A DNA stretch of 64,000 nt from a virus. Its lineage: Duplodnaviria; Caudoviricetes. The first letter of the stretch is position 1. Each line of letters opens with the position of its first letter. The stretch is taken from IMG/VR virus record IMGVR_UViG_3300044641_005618; one strand, given 5' to 3'. Positions 21,650 to 30,773 of the stretch are shown piece after piece. The notes under the pieces are model-generated. The model saw only the letters and a program-made list of their open reading frames with translations. It was not told the DNA's origin and searched no databases. Both the position numbers and the translations under genes were made by a program.

Positions 21650-21849
21650 TGAATGTAAATTGCATCGGTATCACCATCTTTTTCTATTTCATGTGGCTCT
21701 AAATCACAATCATAGATATTGACATTGAGTTCTAACTTTACCATTTCAACATCTAAATTAGTAGTGCAACCACCTCTCCAGCCTCTTACAACTACTAAAG
21801 TATCGTCTGGACATGGGCTTAAGGCTTCAATCAATTCTGCTTTTGTCAT
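21646..21849 (-). CDS. Small AT-rich hypothetical gene bracketed by 20-nt direct repeats
   Basis: Repeats at 21644-21663 and 21857-21876, 1 mismatch. Confidence 0.6.
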   Translation of the reverse strand: MTKAELIEALSPCPDDTLVVVRGWRGGCTTNLDVEMVKLELNVNIYDCDLEPHEIEKDGDTDAIYIH

Positions 21850-21947
21850 TTTGGGGAATCAATGAATGCAAATTGCGTTTTCGGTGTAGGGCTTGGCCCT
21901 GCCTGGGCTGTAGCATTCTGGCTTTTTGCGAACTCGATTAAGTCTCC

Positions 21948-22409
21948 TCAAGACTCACCTTCGTCAATTTTCGGTAGCCGGGCCATAATCTCCAGGTAGA
22001 AAACATGGTACTTTACAGTTCGAGCAATGTCCCCATCGGTGACACCTTTCAGACGCCGAACGTCGGTATTATGCCTCAAGTCACAGAGTTTTACTCTCAT
22101 GGCGTCTTCGTTTGAGAAAACACGGAACTTGTACTCTTCGTAGGTTTCTCCTGGTGCTTTTGTTAGGCAGCGAATGCCTTCGATAATTCGGGCAGTGAAC
22201 CCCTGATCACGTAAATCTGCGTAGGTGACCTTAGTGTCTTCAATAATGTCGTGACCGAGCGCAATGCACTGAAGCTCAACGTCGTTTGTTTCCAGGTAAT
22301 GCATCACCTTGAGCGGGTGCAAAATGTAAGGGTTGCCACCCTTGTCGTACTGATCGGCGTGGGCGTTGGTCGCCAGTACCAGCATTTTATTGAGGAGTTG
22401 TCCTTTCAT
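21948..22409 (-). CDS. HD-domain hydrolase, small alarmone hydrolase (Mesh1/SpoT-HD)-like
   Basis: HADQYDKGGNPYILHP, ALGHDIIEDT, VKLCDLRHN. Confidence 0.85.
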   Translation of the reverse strand: MKGQLLNKMLVLATNAHADQYDKGGNPYILHPLKVMHYLETNDVELQCIALGHDIIEDTKVTYADLRDQGFTARIIEGIRCLTKAPGETYEEYKFRVFSNEDAMRVKLCDLRHNTDVRRLKGVTDGDIARTVKYHVFYLEIMARLPKIDEGES

Positions 22410-22439
22410 GTCTTTCCCAGAAGCGTTTGTCTTGTAAAT

Positions 22440-22502
22440 ACTATAGCGTTTTCTCTTCGAGAAAACAAGGCGGGAAACCATCCCGATACAGCCGGTTATC
22501 CA
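22440..22502 (-). promoter_or_regulatory. Repeated promoter element
   Basis: TGGATAACC-N13-TGGTTTCCC..TTGTTT-N17-TATAGT; spacer TTTTCTC-GAA-GAGAAAA. Confidence 0.8.
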
Positions 22503-22873
22503 CCGTTTTTCGCTACCTCCCTAGCCCGGTCTCGCATTGAGTATATGCGTCGGCATTCGTCGTCGCTGAGCCCAAGGGCCATGGAATGAAGGTGACTAGC
22601 ACAGGTAATTTTGTCCAAAACTCTTGACAAAGCCCATGCAAAGTCTCCCTCTGGGGGGTCGTAAGTTGGGACCCAGTCTTTGGTGTGACGCCAAGGGTGC
22701 GTTAACCCCTGGTTTCTATAGTGCGCCACATTCTCGAAACGAGTATGTTGGTACCCGTCCTCTTCTTCTCCCATCAAAATTTCAATGGCACCGTCCGAGT
22801 CCATGTCTTCGAAGTCCGGGAGATGGGGTGGATAGTTGTATGAGGTGGATGATGTGTGGGTGGTGTAAATCAT
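22496..22873 (-). CDS. Hypothetical protein
   Basis: 125-aa ORF in operon. Confidence 0.6.
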   Translation of the reverse strand: MIYTTHTSSTSYNYPPHLPDFEDMDSDGAIEILMGEEEDGYQHTRFENVAHYRNQGLTHPWRHTKDWVPTYDPPEGDFAWALSRVLDKITCASHLHSMALGLSDDECRRIYSMRDRAREVAKNGG

Positions 22874-22875
22874 GT

Positions 22876-23379
22876 TTAATATACGAAACTTTTCTGAAAC
22901 CTGTCACTTTCAGTTCGTATTGCAAGCTCAAGTCCGTTCAAGGTTGAAACCTGGGGAACACCATAACGCTCACAAACAATGTCAACGTTGCCCTTACGGT
23001 GGAATCCTTCGGGGCAGCATACAACAGTCTTCCTGACAGTGTGGAAACTGAGTCCGGTGTCGAAGCCAAGTTCGAACAAAGAAACGGGGGCCATGGTGCC
23101 CGGTGCTAGATATACTACAACCATACTGGCCCTCTCTAGGCCGTCAAGCTCCCACTCAACCTGCTCTCGAAACACCGGGTTATCGGCGCTTTGAACCCAA
23201 GTTGGGTCCCAATCGTCGCGTCGCGGATTGTAAATATCAATGTCGTGGTCAGCAAGACTACGTTCGAGGTCAGCTTGCCAGTCGGGTGCAGAGCCCATTT
23301 CTATCGAACCTGCAAGAAACACACTGAGCCTCGACGAGAAAGGGGGTAGCTGTGCCGGTGGTTTGTAAATAGTTGCCAT
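22876..23379 (-). CDS. Nucleoside 2-deoxyribosyltransferase-like protein
   Basis: VFLAGSIEMG..DWQ, YNPRRDDWD, EQVEWELDGL, PVSLFELG. Confidence 0.85.
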   Translation of the reverse strand: MATIYKPPAQLPPFSSRLSVFLAGSIEMGSAPDWQADLERSLADHDIDIYNPRRDDWDPTWVQSADNPVFREQVEWELDGLERASMVVVYLAPGTMAPVSLFELGFDTGLSFHTVRKTVVCCPEGFHRKGNVDIVCERYGVPQVSTLNGLELAIRTESDRFQKSFVY

Positions 23380-23408
23380 GGTTTCAAGGTTAAGTAGTTG
23401 TGATTAAA

Positions 23409-23696
23409 TTACCAGGAAATTAAAATGTGAAGGGTCCCAACTAGTCTAACCTTGTACCCATCTTCTTCTTCTAGAACTCTAGCAACTTCCCCTTTAGTGG
23501 AGTAATCGCAGTCTCCAAAGTAAACGTTCGTATACTTGACACCGTAACCCCTCTTAATATCCTCACGTATGGCTTTGTAGCAGTGCTCCAAAAATCTCCT
23601 CACGGTTTCAGGGTTAGCTTGTGGGTACGGGGGAGTTACAGACCTCTGTGAAGCTTCAGCAGCTGTGATTCGGTTTGAAACCTCAAGGTTTAGCAT
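23409..23696 (-). CDS. Small hypothetical protein
   Basis: 95-aa ORF in operon. Confidence 0.55.
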   Translation of the reverse strand: MLNLEVSNRITAAEASQRSVTPPYPQANPETVRRFLEHCYKAIREDIKRGYGVKYTNVYFGDCDYSTKGEVARVLEEEDGYKVRLVGTLHILISW

Positions 23697-23706
23697 TGTT
23701 GTTGTT

Positions 23707-24339
23707 TTAGGTTACTAAAGAGTTAGGTACAAGCTGCTGCGTCCTCCAGTGCTTGTCAGTTTGAACGTGACCTTTACGGACAAACTTAGCAACAGAAGTG
23801 CTAAAGTTATCGTAGTGAAAGGAATCAGCAAGGCGAACTACATAGCCTTCTGTCGTGTTGGTGTCCAGGCCCTTTGCCAGATTAAGGGCCACGGTCTCGT
23901 CCCAGAGTCCAGAGTAAAGAACGGAAACAGGGGTGACCCCTAACATTTCAAAGTAGTCTTCAGTGTCCTCCCATGACAATGCCCGGTTGTGCTCGTCAAA
24001 AATGCTAAACCCGTAAAAGTATGAGTGCAAGTTGGAGTAAGAAACAGAATGTTTCGCCCAGAGGTTTTCACCACAGATTCGCCACCCTTCAGGGATTTCA
24101 CTACGGATCGAAGCCCAGAATTGCTTCACCCATGCGCGGTCTTCACCACCTTTGCTGTCCAGGCTCCTGGCGTGAACATAGTCTCGGTACATCGTTGTAT
24201 TCTCACCGTCCATCTTTTCCGTCACAACCACGCGGTTGCCCTCAAAATGAACGACGGACGGAACAACCTTGTCGTCAGACGTTACAGCTTCTGACCAAGG
24301 TAGATGAAAAGTCCTGGGGTACTTGGTGCGGGATTCCAT
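23707..24339 (-). CDS. ATP-dependent RNA ligase (Rnl2-like nucleotidyltransferase domain)
   Basis: KYPRTFHLPWS, motif I TEKMDGEN, CGEN, EGYVVR, AKFVR. Confidence 0.85.
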   Translation of the reverse strand: MESRTKYPRTFHLPWSEAVTSDDKVVPSVVHFEGNRVVVTEKMDGENTTMYRDYVHARSLDSKGGEDRAWVKQFWASIRSEIPEGWRICGENLWAKHSVSYSNLHSYFYGFSIFDEHNRALSWEDTEDYFEMLGVTPVSVLYSGLWDETVALNLAKGLDTNTTEGYVVRLADSFHYDNFSTSVAKFVRKGHVQTDKHWRTQQLVPNSLVT

Positions 24340-24363
24340 GTCAGTTTCTCTGGTCTTGTACTA

Positions 24364-24407
24364 AGTATACCGTTTCCGCCGAGCAGAAGAAAGCGGGGGA
24401 AACCGCC
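24364..24407 (-). promoter_or_regulatory. Repeated promoter element (single box)
   Basis: GGCGGTTTCCC..TTTCTT-N17-TATACT. Confidence 0.7.
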
Positions 24408-24506
24408 TTAGCAAAGATCCGCTTAGGTTGAACCCTCGGAAACCATTGGTGAATGTGGGGAATAAACGAACGTTCGTACGATTATCTATCGCCCTTGGAC
24501 TGAACT

Positions 24507-24794
24507 TTAAAAACCCATCGGTGAGCGACCCTTGTAGCAGTCGGGTGTCTCTCCACCCTTGTAGTCGTTTATTGGGGTGAGTGGAAGCTTTGTGAAACTG
24601 AAGAACCACTTTGAGTTGGGGTTAGGGGTAAGAGTTAATTTCTTTAATGGGGGTTGGACGCTATTTAGCCACCCTTCCTCGAGGAAAGGGGGCAGTTCTC
24701 GCATGCTGGCAGCAGCGGCGTTAGCAATGTCTTGAGTGCTCGGGTCTCCCTCTAGCTTAAGGGACAAAGTGATCGTGACTTGATGAGTTTCCAT
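24507..24794 (-). CDS. Small hypothetical protein
   Basis: Directly downstream of a promoter element. Confidence 0.55.
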   Translation of the reverse strand: METHQVTITLSLKLEGDPSTQDIANAAAASMRELPPFLEEGWLNSVQPPLKKLTLTPNPNSKWFFSFTKLPLTPINDYKGGETPDCYKGRSPMGF

Positions 24795-24818
24795 TGGGAA
24801 TTTGCTTTCAACATACTT

Positions 24819-24883
24819 AGTATACCGTTTCTGCGCTGCAGAAACAAAGGAGGGTAAACCGTCCTAGAGCAACCGGGACCCCG
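24819..24883 (-). promoter_or_regulatory. Repeated promoter element
   Basis: CGGGGTCCC-N13-CGGTTTACC..TTGTTT-N17-TATACT; spacer GTTTCTGC-AGC-GCAGAAAC. Confidence 0.8.
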
Positions 24884-24901
24884 CCTAAGCAAATGACTCG
24901 C

Positions 24902-25420
24902 TTAGAGAGAATCCCCGGAAAGTGGAGGCAGCGGTAAGGGTACAGCACCGGGAATGGCCTTGGGCACCCCGATCTTGCGCTCTTTCGGCGGTCCCACTTG
25001 CGCGTCTGCGGACAGGCCCCCGTAAGCCGGTGCTTCCAAACCTGTTGGACTGAAAGTTGGTCCAGGTGAGGGAGTGTTGGAAAGCTCTGTGAACTCAGGG
25101 GGAAGGCTCGGGGGAGCTGAGCCAGGGGGCGAGAGACTAACCACAAGGTGGTTGAGACAGTCTGTGTAGGGGGGCATTGCACCCGTTTCTACTATCTTCT
25201 GGGAGAGGCTCGTTCGCTGAGTGTGAACCCACTCAGATAAAATCTGCGAAATTTTGTCGGCCCAGAATTCTGCGTTCTCTTCGTCGTTGCCTTCCTGGAG
25301 AAATGCACCTTGAATTTGGCTCCAAAGGGAATTTGACTTTCGTTGGGCCCGTTCGAGCTCAGCGGTTAGGAACGAAATTTGTTCCTTAAGCTTTTCAATT
25401 AGGTCTTGGGAGTTTGACAT
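24902..25420 (-). CDS. Hypothetical protein, coiled-coil N-terminus and Pro-rich C-terminus
   Basis: 172-aa ORF overlapping the kinase stop. Confidence 0.6.
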   Translation of the reverse strand: MSNSQDLIEKLKEQISFLTAELERAQRKSNSLWSQIQGAFLQEGNDEENAEFWADKISQILSEWVHTQRTSLSQKIVETGAMPPYTDCLNHLVVSLSPPGSAPPSLPPEFTELSNTPSPGPTFSPTGLEAPAYGGLSADAQVGPPKERKIGVPKAIPGAVPLPLPPLSGDSL

Positions 25421-25917
25421 TGCTTAGTTTCGTCGTTGCGGAATATGGTGTGCGGATACTTTTGAGCCAGGTTGGTCATTCTTGTTTGCATACCCTTCAT
25501 CCAAGTTTCGTTCTGGGTATTGTTCCGGGCTGCTCGTCTCTTCTCAAGCTCTTCGTCGCTAACCTGGACAAGAACAAGCGTCATGTTCCCTGTGGCGAAC
25601 ATTGCATCTAAGGTGGGGTTATTAGAGAAGCGTTCACCTTCAGAAAGAATATCCCATTCCTTGTATTTTTCTTCATTGTCCAGCAACCATTGGCGGAACT
25701 TTGGACCAACCCCTTTTGAAAGTTTGTCCGATCCTGCAAAAGTGCTATCGTCGTATACACCCAGCACGATAGTTTTTTGCTTCTCAAATTTGTGATATCT
25801 AACGAGTCCTTCTTGCACGTTCTCCCCCCGCTCATTGGCTTCAAGGGCGTTAAGTTTGTTACGCATTAGCGTGGTTTTACCACAGCCAGGGACTCCGAAG
25901 TAATGTGTCAGTTTCAT
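25399..25917 (-). CDS. P-loop nucleotide kinase, candidate 5-hmdU DNA kinase
   Basis: Walker A GVPGCGKTT; FAGSDKLS; EGERFSN; adjacent to the transferase-like gene. Confidence 0.7.
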   Translation of the reverse strand: MKLTHYFGVPGCGKTTLMRNKLNALEANERGENVQEGLVRYHKFEKQKTIVLGVYDDSTFAGSDKLSKGVGPKFRQWLLDNEEKYKEWDILSEGERFSNNPTLDAMFATGNMTLVLVQVSDEELEKRRAARNNTQNETWMKGMQTRMTNLAQKYPHTIFRNDETKQCQTPKT

Positions 25918-25939
25918 GCTGTTTTGCAGGTGTATCTTC

Positions 25940-25968
25940 ATTATAGTGTGAGGTGGCGGTCCAGTAAA
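25940..25968 (-). promoter_or_regulatory. Sigma70-like promoter without tandem box
   Basis: TTTACT-N17-TATAAT upstream of the kinase. Confidence 0.55.
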
Positions 25969-25984
25969 CAGTGTGCCCTGACTC

Positions 25985-27049
25985 TTAGAGTTTGATTAGA
26001 TTATCATTCTGCCAAGTGTAGTGAAAACTTCCATTTTCAACGAAACGTTTCATCTTTTCCTTGTCAATCGAATCAGCGGAGCTTAAACGATTGTTGGAAC
26101 ACTCCGCTCTACACTGATGCAAAACTTGCCATTCTATACCATACCAACCATCACCTTCCGCTTTGTGAATTTGCTCAGCAACACGGTCATTGTAGTAGTT
26201 TATGTAACGACCATTGGAAGTCCGAAAAACTTTTTTGTACGAACACAATACTGTCTCAAGGGAAAAGTTGTCGAAGTCTTTAGTAAACTCTGGCCATCGG
26301 GATTGGGCTTCCGAACTAAGATCAGAGCCGAATCCCCCCAACCACTCGTATTCTTGTGCTGTTAACCGCTGGTTAACCCAATCGTCCTTACCCGCCGCCA
26401 GACATAAGCCGTTGCGGTGACTTTTGGAGCCGGAGTAATCATCCAGGAACAGGGATGGACACTCTATAGGTAAGTCACAAGTTGCTTTGAGAGTCTGAAG
26501 ATAGAAGAAGGTGGTGTAACGGCCAAACTTGAAAAAGTTTTTAATGACGATATTCCAGAGCGTCCAAAAATTATCTTCAAGGGAACCCTGGCACAATCGG
26601 GTAAACTTGTCTTGTTGGGAAGAACTACCAATAAATTGGTGGTAACTTGCATACATGGTAGCAAGGTGCCCCCTCGACCATTTGCAATCTCGTTCGTGGC
26701 GTATACGACTGTAATTCTCAGCTACAAATGAGTCAAATCGTTCTACACTCGCAAGCTCTTCGTCTGGAAACTCTTGCTTAAATGCCCAAGATGTGGGTAA
26801 GTAATATGTATGAAAGAGCCAAGCGAACCACAGCTTTTCTTCAATACTATGCTCAAACCTTTCGTTTAAGTATCGCATCATCCACATGGATGGGTCAATG
26901 TCCAGAGCTGCAGCTGAAGACACCCACCATTGCAAAAAACCCTCTCTTCTATTCTCCAATAATCTGTAGTCAACATGACTAATATTTTGTTTATATGCAC
27001 AGGCAACATCAACAGGTCCGCTGCTGCGCACGTTATTCTTGACAGTCAT
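25985..27049 (-). CDS. Amino acid:DNA transferase-like protein (aGPT-Pplase2, HhH-glycosylase fold)
   Basis: DYR..RREGF, KLWFAWLF, FGRYTTFFYLQTL, SHRNGL, ETVLCSYKK. Confidence 0.75.
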   Translation of the reverse strand: MTVKNNVRSSGPVDVACAYKQNISHVDYRLLENRREGFLQWWVSSAAALDIDPSMWMMRYLNERFEHSIEEKLWFAWLFHTYYLPTSWAFKQEFPDEELASVERFDSFVAENYSRIRHERDCKWSRGHLATMYASYHQFIGSSSQQDKFTRLCQGSLEDNFWTLWNIVIKNFFKFGRYTTFFYLQTLKATCDLPIECPSLFLDDYSGSKSHRNGLCLAAGKDDWVNQRLTAQEYEWLGGFGSDLSSEAQSRWPEFTKDFDNFSLETVLCSYKKVFRTSNGRYINYYNDRVAEQIHKAEGDGWYGIEWQVLHQCRAECSNNRLSSADSIDKEKMKRFVENGSFHYTWQNDNLIKL

Positions 27050-27388
27050 AATACGGGTTGTTACGAGGTGAACTCATGTGGTACTTCTAAAACGGCGGCT
27101 AAATTTCCTCGAATGGCCCCTAAAATGAGAAGAATAATGTCAGAAATGGGTTATAGCGGAGAGGAACATTTAGCTAAACCTTATGATCAAACCCTCCTGG
27201 ACTGGTCGGATCTCATAGTTTGTATGAGTAAAGTACACATTACTCGCATTAATGAGAACTTCAGTGTTGACACCGACAAGATAGCTAACTGGGAAGTTAT
27301 AGACCCATTTTTTCACAAGGGCGAGGAGGTACATCGAAGTGTGGCCCACCAGATTAAAGAGCTAGTTTTCCGCCACTTTCTAGACTGA
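26975..27388 (+). CDS. Low-molecular-weight protein tyrosine phosphatase/ArsC family
   Basis: P-loop CTGNINRS, SDLIVCM, WEVIDPF. Confidence 0.85.
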   Translation: MTNILFICTGNINRSAAAHVILDSHNTGCYEVNSCGTSKTAAKFPRMAPKMRRIMSEMGYSGEEHLAKPYDQTLLDWSDLIVCMSKVHITRINENFSVDTDKIANWEVIDPFFHKGEEVHRSVAHQIKELVFRHFLD

Positions 27389-28304
27389 CAAAGTTTGACA
27401 TCTCAGCAGCAGGTTGTTTATAAATGTCAAAGTGCTCTGACATTCTGTTCAGACGCTGACCCACCACGGTTCTAGTGTTTTTCTCCAGATCTGTCCATCT
27501 AAAGATAGTATCGATATTATGGTCGTAGGGTGCGAACTGTGGAAACTTCCAGTTTCTCGAGGAGTAGATCTGGTCGGGGGTTTCACCTGTAAACAACGCT
27601 GCTTCCACAAACCTATGAATCCAACTAAAACAGCATTCGATCTCACTGCTATCTAGCGAAGGCGTGAAATGTCTAAACTCAATGGTGTTTGTTTCCCTAA
27701 GCTGAGACAAATTGATACCACCCCGGATAGCTAGTGCCCAAAGAGGCTTACCGGTCTTATCTTTGGGTGCATGACCATTTATGAACTCTTCCGGAGTTTC
27801 AGCCCCCATGCAAGCAGCTATTTGTTTCGGTTTTAGCTTATTTTGGTGGCTTACCAATCGTCTTTTGTATCTTTGTATGGCCCCCTTATACGAGGCTTCG
27901 GTTTGAAACTGGTGTCGTTCGGGGATGTCTAACGGTTCAACCAGCTCGTATACACGGTTCTGGTGACCCAGAACATACTGCATCAGACGCTTCAGAGCAG
28001 TCAGATCTTCACGCAATCCTGGCACCTGTATATGCAGATGTAGGTTGGTCCGGTGGTTGATATGTATGCGCTCTAGAGACTTAACCAAACTGTTCCATAT
28101 ATCTAGCTGCCCCTCTATACTATCCGTAGGGTCTGTGTTTATTTCCCCCCCGAGGGTATACAACTTTGCCTTTTCATCATTAGCCACACCAGTAGAGTTG
28201 GCTATACTATGATCTTTAAAGTTCCAGTTAGCGCCTCTAGGTAGTGTAACCAATCTGTCAACATCACCCAGTTCATACTCTGCACCATAAGTAGCTTCAA
28301 TCAT
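27354..28304 (-). CDS. Putative amidoligase (COOH-NH2 ligase, Amidoligase_2-like), copy 1
   Basis: GAEYE, GGEINT, NLHLHI, INL, TIEFRHF. Confidence 0.8.
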   Translation of the reverse strand: MIEATYGAEYELGDVDRLVTLPRGANWNFKDHSIANSTGVANDEKAKLYTLGGEINTDPTDSIEGQLDIWNSLVKSLERIHINHRTNLHLHIQVPGLREDLTALKRLMQYVLGHQNRVYELVEPLDIPERHQFQTEASYKGAIQRYKRRLVSHQNKLKPKQIAACMGAETPEEFINGHAPKDKTGKPLWALAIRGGINLSQLRETNTIEFRHFTPSLDSSEIECCFSWIHRFVEAALFTGETPDQIYSSRNWKFPQFAPYDHNIDTIFRWTDLEKNTRTVVGQRLNRMSEHFDIYKQPAAEMSNFVSLESGGKLAL

Positions 28305-29173
28305 ATAACCTCGTGGTATTGTCGTTGTTTCTTTCCTCTTTTCTTATCCCACTTAGTGGCAGCCCAACCTTTCCAGGTATCGGCATCAAACTCGAAAGGT
28401 GGGAATTGAAAATCGTTGCTGTTCAAAATTTCTTTCACCGTTGGTCCATCATTCAGTGCAGCGGATATAAACAGAGTAGCAAATCTAAAGCAGCTTTCTA
28501 ACTGTTTACGGTCTAAACTGTTTCTAAAACACCGGAACTCAATAGTCTTTGTATGCTTCAGGCAGTAAGTGTTAATGGCGTATCTGAATGGTCGACCTTG
28601 TGAGACGCCATCTTTGCCGCTACCGTGCAACTTTATAAAGTGATCAAAGTTAGTAGAGAGATTGACTATATTGTCACACATCCACGAAGGCATTAAACGA
28701 CCTCCGTCGTACTTCATGTAAGACTTTACATTTTTCAGACCTTTCATGTTATCCGTTTCTGTGAACGGGTAAACAGCATCCACAACATCTTTTTGATTAT
28801 CTTTAACGTAAGCAACAAGTTTTTTCAGTGATACTAAATCCCCTGTTAAACCAGGTACATGAACGTGAACATGAGCATGGGTCCGACAACAAATTGTAGG
28901 CTCATGGTTGTTGTTAGCGAACAGGTCACGTATATCAAAAATCCTATCAACTTGCTCTCGCCATGTACTTGTCGGTTTGGTATTAATTTCCCCACCCACG
29001 GGAGGGTCAAGACCCAACGGGTCGGCGGCAACATACTTGTAAGGATCTCGAAGATTAACAATGTCCCGTTCAGAGTATTCCCAGCTCCCTAAATGGGAGG
29101 GAATGTCGAAAGATCTGGGGACATCGCCCCATTCTATTTCAAAGCCATAAGTCCAGGTTGCTGGATCAAACAC
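28301..29173 (-). CDS. Putative amidoligase, copy 2
   Basis: GFEIE, GGEINT, HAHVHV, YAIN, TIEFRCF. Confidence 0.8.
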   Translation of the reverse strand: MFDPATWTYGFEIEWGDVPRSFDIPSHLGSWEYSERDIVNLRDPYKYVAADPLGLDPPVGGEINTKPTSTWREQVDRIFDIRDLFANNNHEPTICCRTHAHVHVHVPGLTGDLVSLKKLVAYVKDNQKDVVDAVYPFTETDNMKGLKNVKSYMKYDGGRLMPSWMCDNIVNLSTNFDHFIKLHGSGKDGVSQGRPFRYAINTYCLKHTKTIEFRCFRNSLDRKQLESCFRFATLFISAALNDGPTVKEILNSNDFQFPPFEFDADTWKGWAATKWDKKRGKKQRQYHEVI

Positions 29174-29828
29174 TGATTAAGTCCTCAACTTCAACTAGTT
29201 TAGTTGCAGCCTTACCCTGGTAAAGGAAACCCGGAAGGCAGCGGATAGGGTTCTTCAAACCCGCTCTCAAAGCAATATCTTTCGTTGAGGTTAAAAAGAA
29301 ACCGTTTTTAACTTCGCTTTTCCACAGGGGTCTCTTCCCATTGCGGTAATAACGCATGGAGCCAGTCTCTCTTAGCTCCAAAACAGCCATGGAAGCGTCT
29401 GTAAACTTTTTCAACGGTTGTTCCTTGTTTTCGATAGCACGAAGCACAAGCTCTGAATCGTTGGTGGTTTTTAACTGGTACCCAAACTTTATCCAAGTTT
29501 CAGGGGGCGACTGCTCAATGACACCATTGTGGGCTATGGCTAGAGAGCCGTTCGTTAGCGGTTGATTGTATCTAATATCAGAGGTAGAATAGCGGCAATG
29601 TCCAATCAACGTTAAACAATCGTCTGAGACGCAATCATTCAGATCATAAAGATTGAGAAACTCCTGTGCACAAACTGGCTCAGTGATCGTCTCAAGACCG
29701 TTTTTTCCAATATAAGAAATGCCAGTAGCATGTTTGCCCCTGACCTGCGATTCAAGGGCAATGCGTTGAATTGTTTGAATGTTGTTTTGTGTAACTTCTT
29801 CTAAGTCACATCCAAATAAGGCGCACAT
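29166..29828 (-). CDS. Class II (Ntn) glutamine amidotransferase, stand-alone
   Basis: N-terminal Cys2, RGKHATG, GHCRYST, NQP, HNGVI, DSE, RPLW. Confidence 0.9.
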   Translation of the reverse strand: MCALFGCDLEEVTQNNIQTIQRIALESQVRGKHATGISYIGKNGLETITEPVCAQEFLNLYDLNDCVSDDCLTLIGHCRYSTSDIRYNQPLTNGSLAIAHNGVIEQSPPETWIKFGYQLKTTNDSELVLRAIENKEQPLKKFTDASMAVLELRETGSMRYYRNGKRPLWKSEVKNGFFLTSTKDIALRAGLKNPIRCLPGFLYQGKAATKLVEVEDLISV

Positions 29829-30592
29829 TACACTAAGTTACAGAAAAGAATTTGTCTCCAGCGAGACACCAGCATGTCAGCGTACTGCTGTCGAGTTGGA
29901 GGGTTTGATTGCGGGTCACTATTTTCGTAAAATCCCAGTGACCACGCATCGTTAAGTTCAACTAGGCAGTACCGATTCAGGTCAGGCCTCCAGCCGATGT
30001 CAATCGTGTAAGCACCGGGCGCAATATTTGCCTCTAGCACACCCATAATCTCTTCAACCAGGCCAAAGTCAGGTTCAGGGTTTCTTACGGGCTTGTCGTC
30101 ATACCGCGACCACCCCTGAATTTTACCACCCCCAATGAAGTCGTGAATGTAGAACCGAAATTCCGACTCAAAGGGCACAGCCTGAGAGACCCACACTGAA
30201 GTGTTATCAGAAATTAGTCCAGGTATCTTCAGTTCGAGCTCTCTCTTGATGTCCCCGGTAAACAACTTTATTGCGGTTGGCTTCACAAAGTCTTCCAAGG
30301 TTGCTTCACCGTACACTCCTTGTCGAACGGACCTCATAAGGTACTTTTTCAGTTCTCCATTACACCCGTAGGAAAAGTCCTCAGGTAGCACAATACCTGC
30401 GTGTTCACTATAAGCTTGAACAAATTCCACCGATCCCACAGGAATCAATGTAGCCAGGAAACCTTTAGGGTCTAACTTCGATAGGCCGTTAAACGAGCAA
30501 TATTGGACAGGGTAACAGGAGAAGCTACACGCAACCTTCTCGATTTGTAGTGGTCCTCCGGACTGGAGTAGGAAAGTAGGATTTTTCATCAC
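29828..30592 (-). CDS. ATP-grasp protein (R2K/DUF4343-like)
   Basis: FVKP...KLFTG, EFRFYI, YTIDIG, LVELNDAWSLGFY. Confidence 0.8.
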   Translation of the reverse strand: MMKNPTFLLQSGGPLQIEKVACSFSCYPVQYCSFNGLSKLDPKGFLATLIPVGSVEFVQAYSEHAGIVLPEDFSYGCNGELKKYLMRSVRQGVYGEATLEDFVKPTAIKLFTGDIKRELELKIPGLISDNTSVWVSQAVPFESEFRFYIHDFIGGGKIQGWSRYDDKPVRNPEPDFGLVEEIMGVLEANIAPGAYTIDIGWRPDLNRYCLVELNDAWSLGFYENSDPQSNPPTRQQYADMLVSRWRQILFCNLV

Positions 30593-30773
30593 GGTGGGCA
30601 GTTAGTTAGGTAACAACGACAGTATATTGGCATTAACCCACTGGGTCTCTTCTCTCGACAACTTAAGCCACAGAAGGTCAAGCTCGTCGAGCAAGGCCTC
30701 CTCCGCGTCCTCGTTTCCCTCTCCCCTTAACTTTAGGGACAAGCTAAGTTTTTCGCAGTAATCTTTAACTTCG

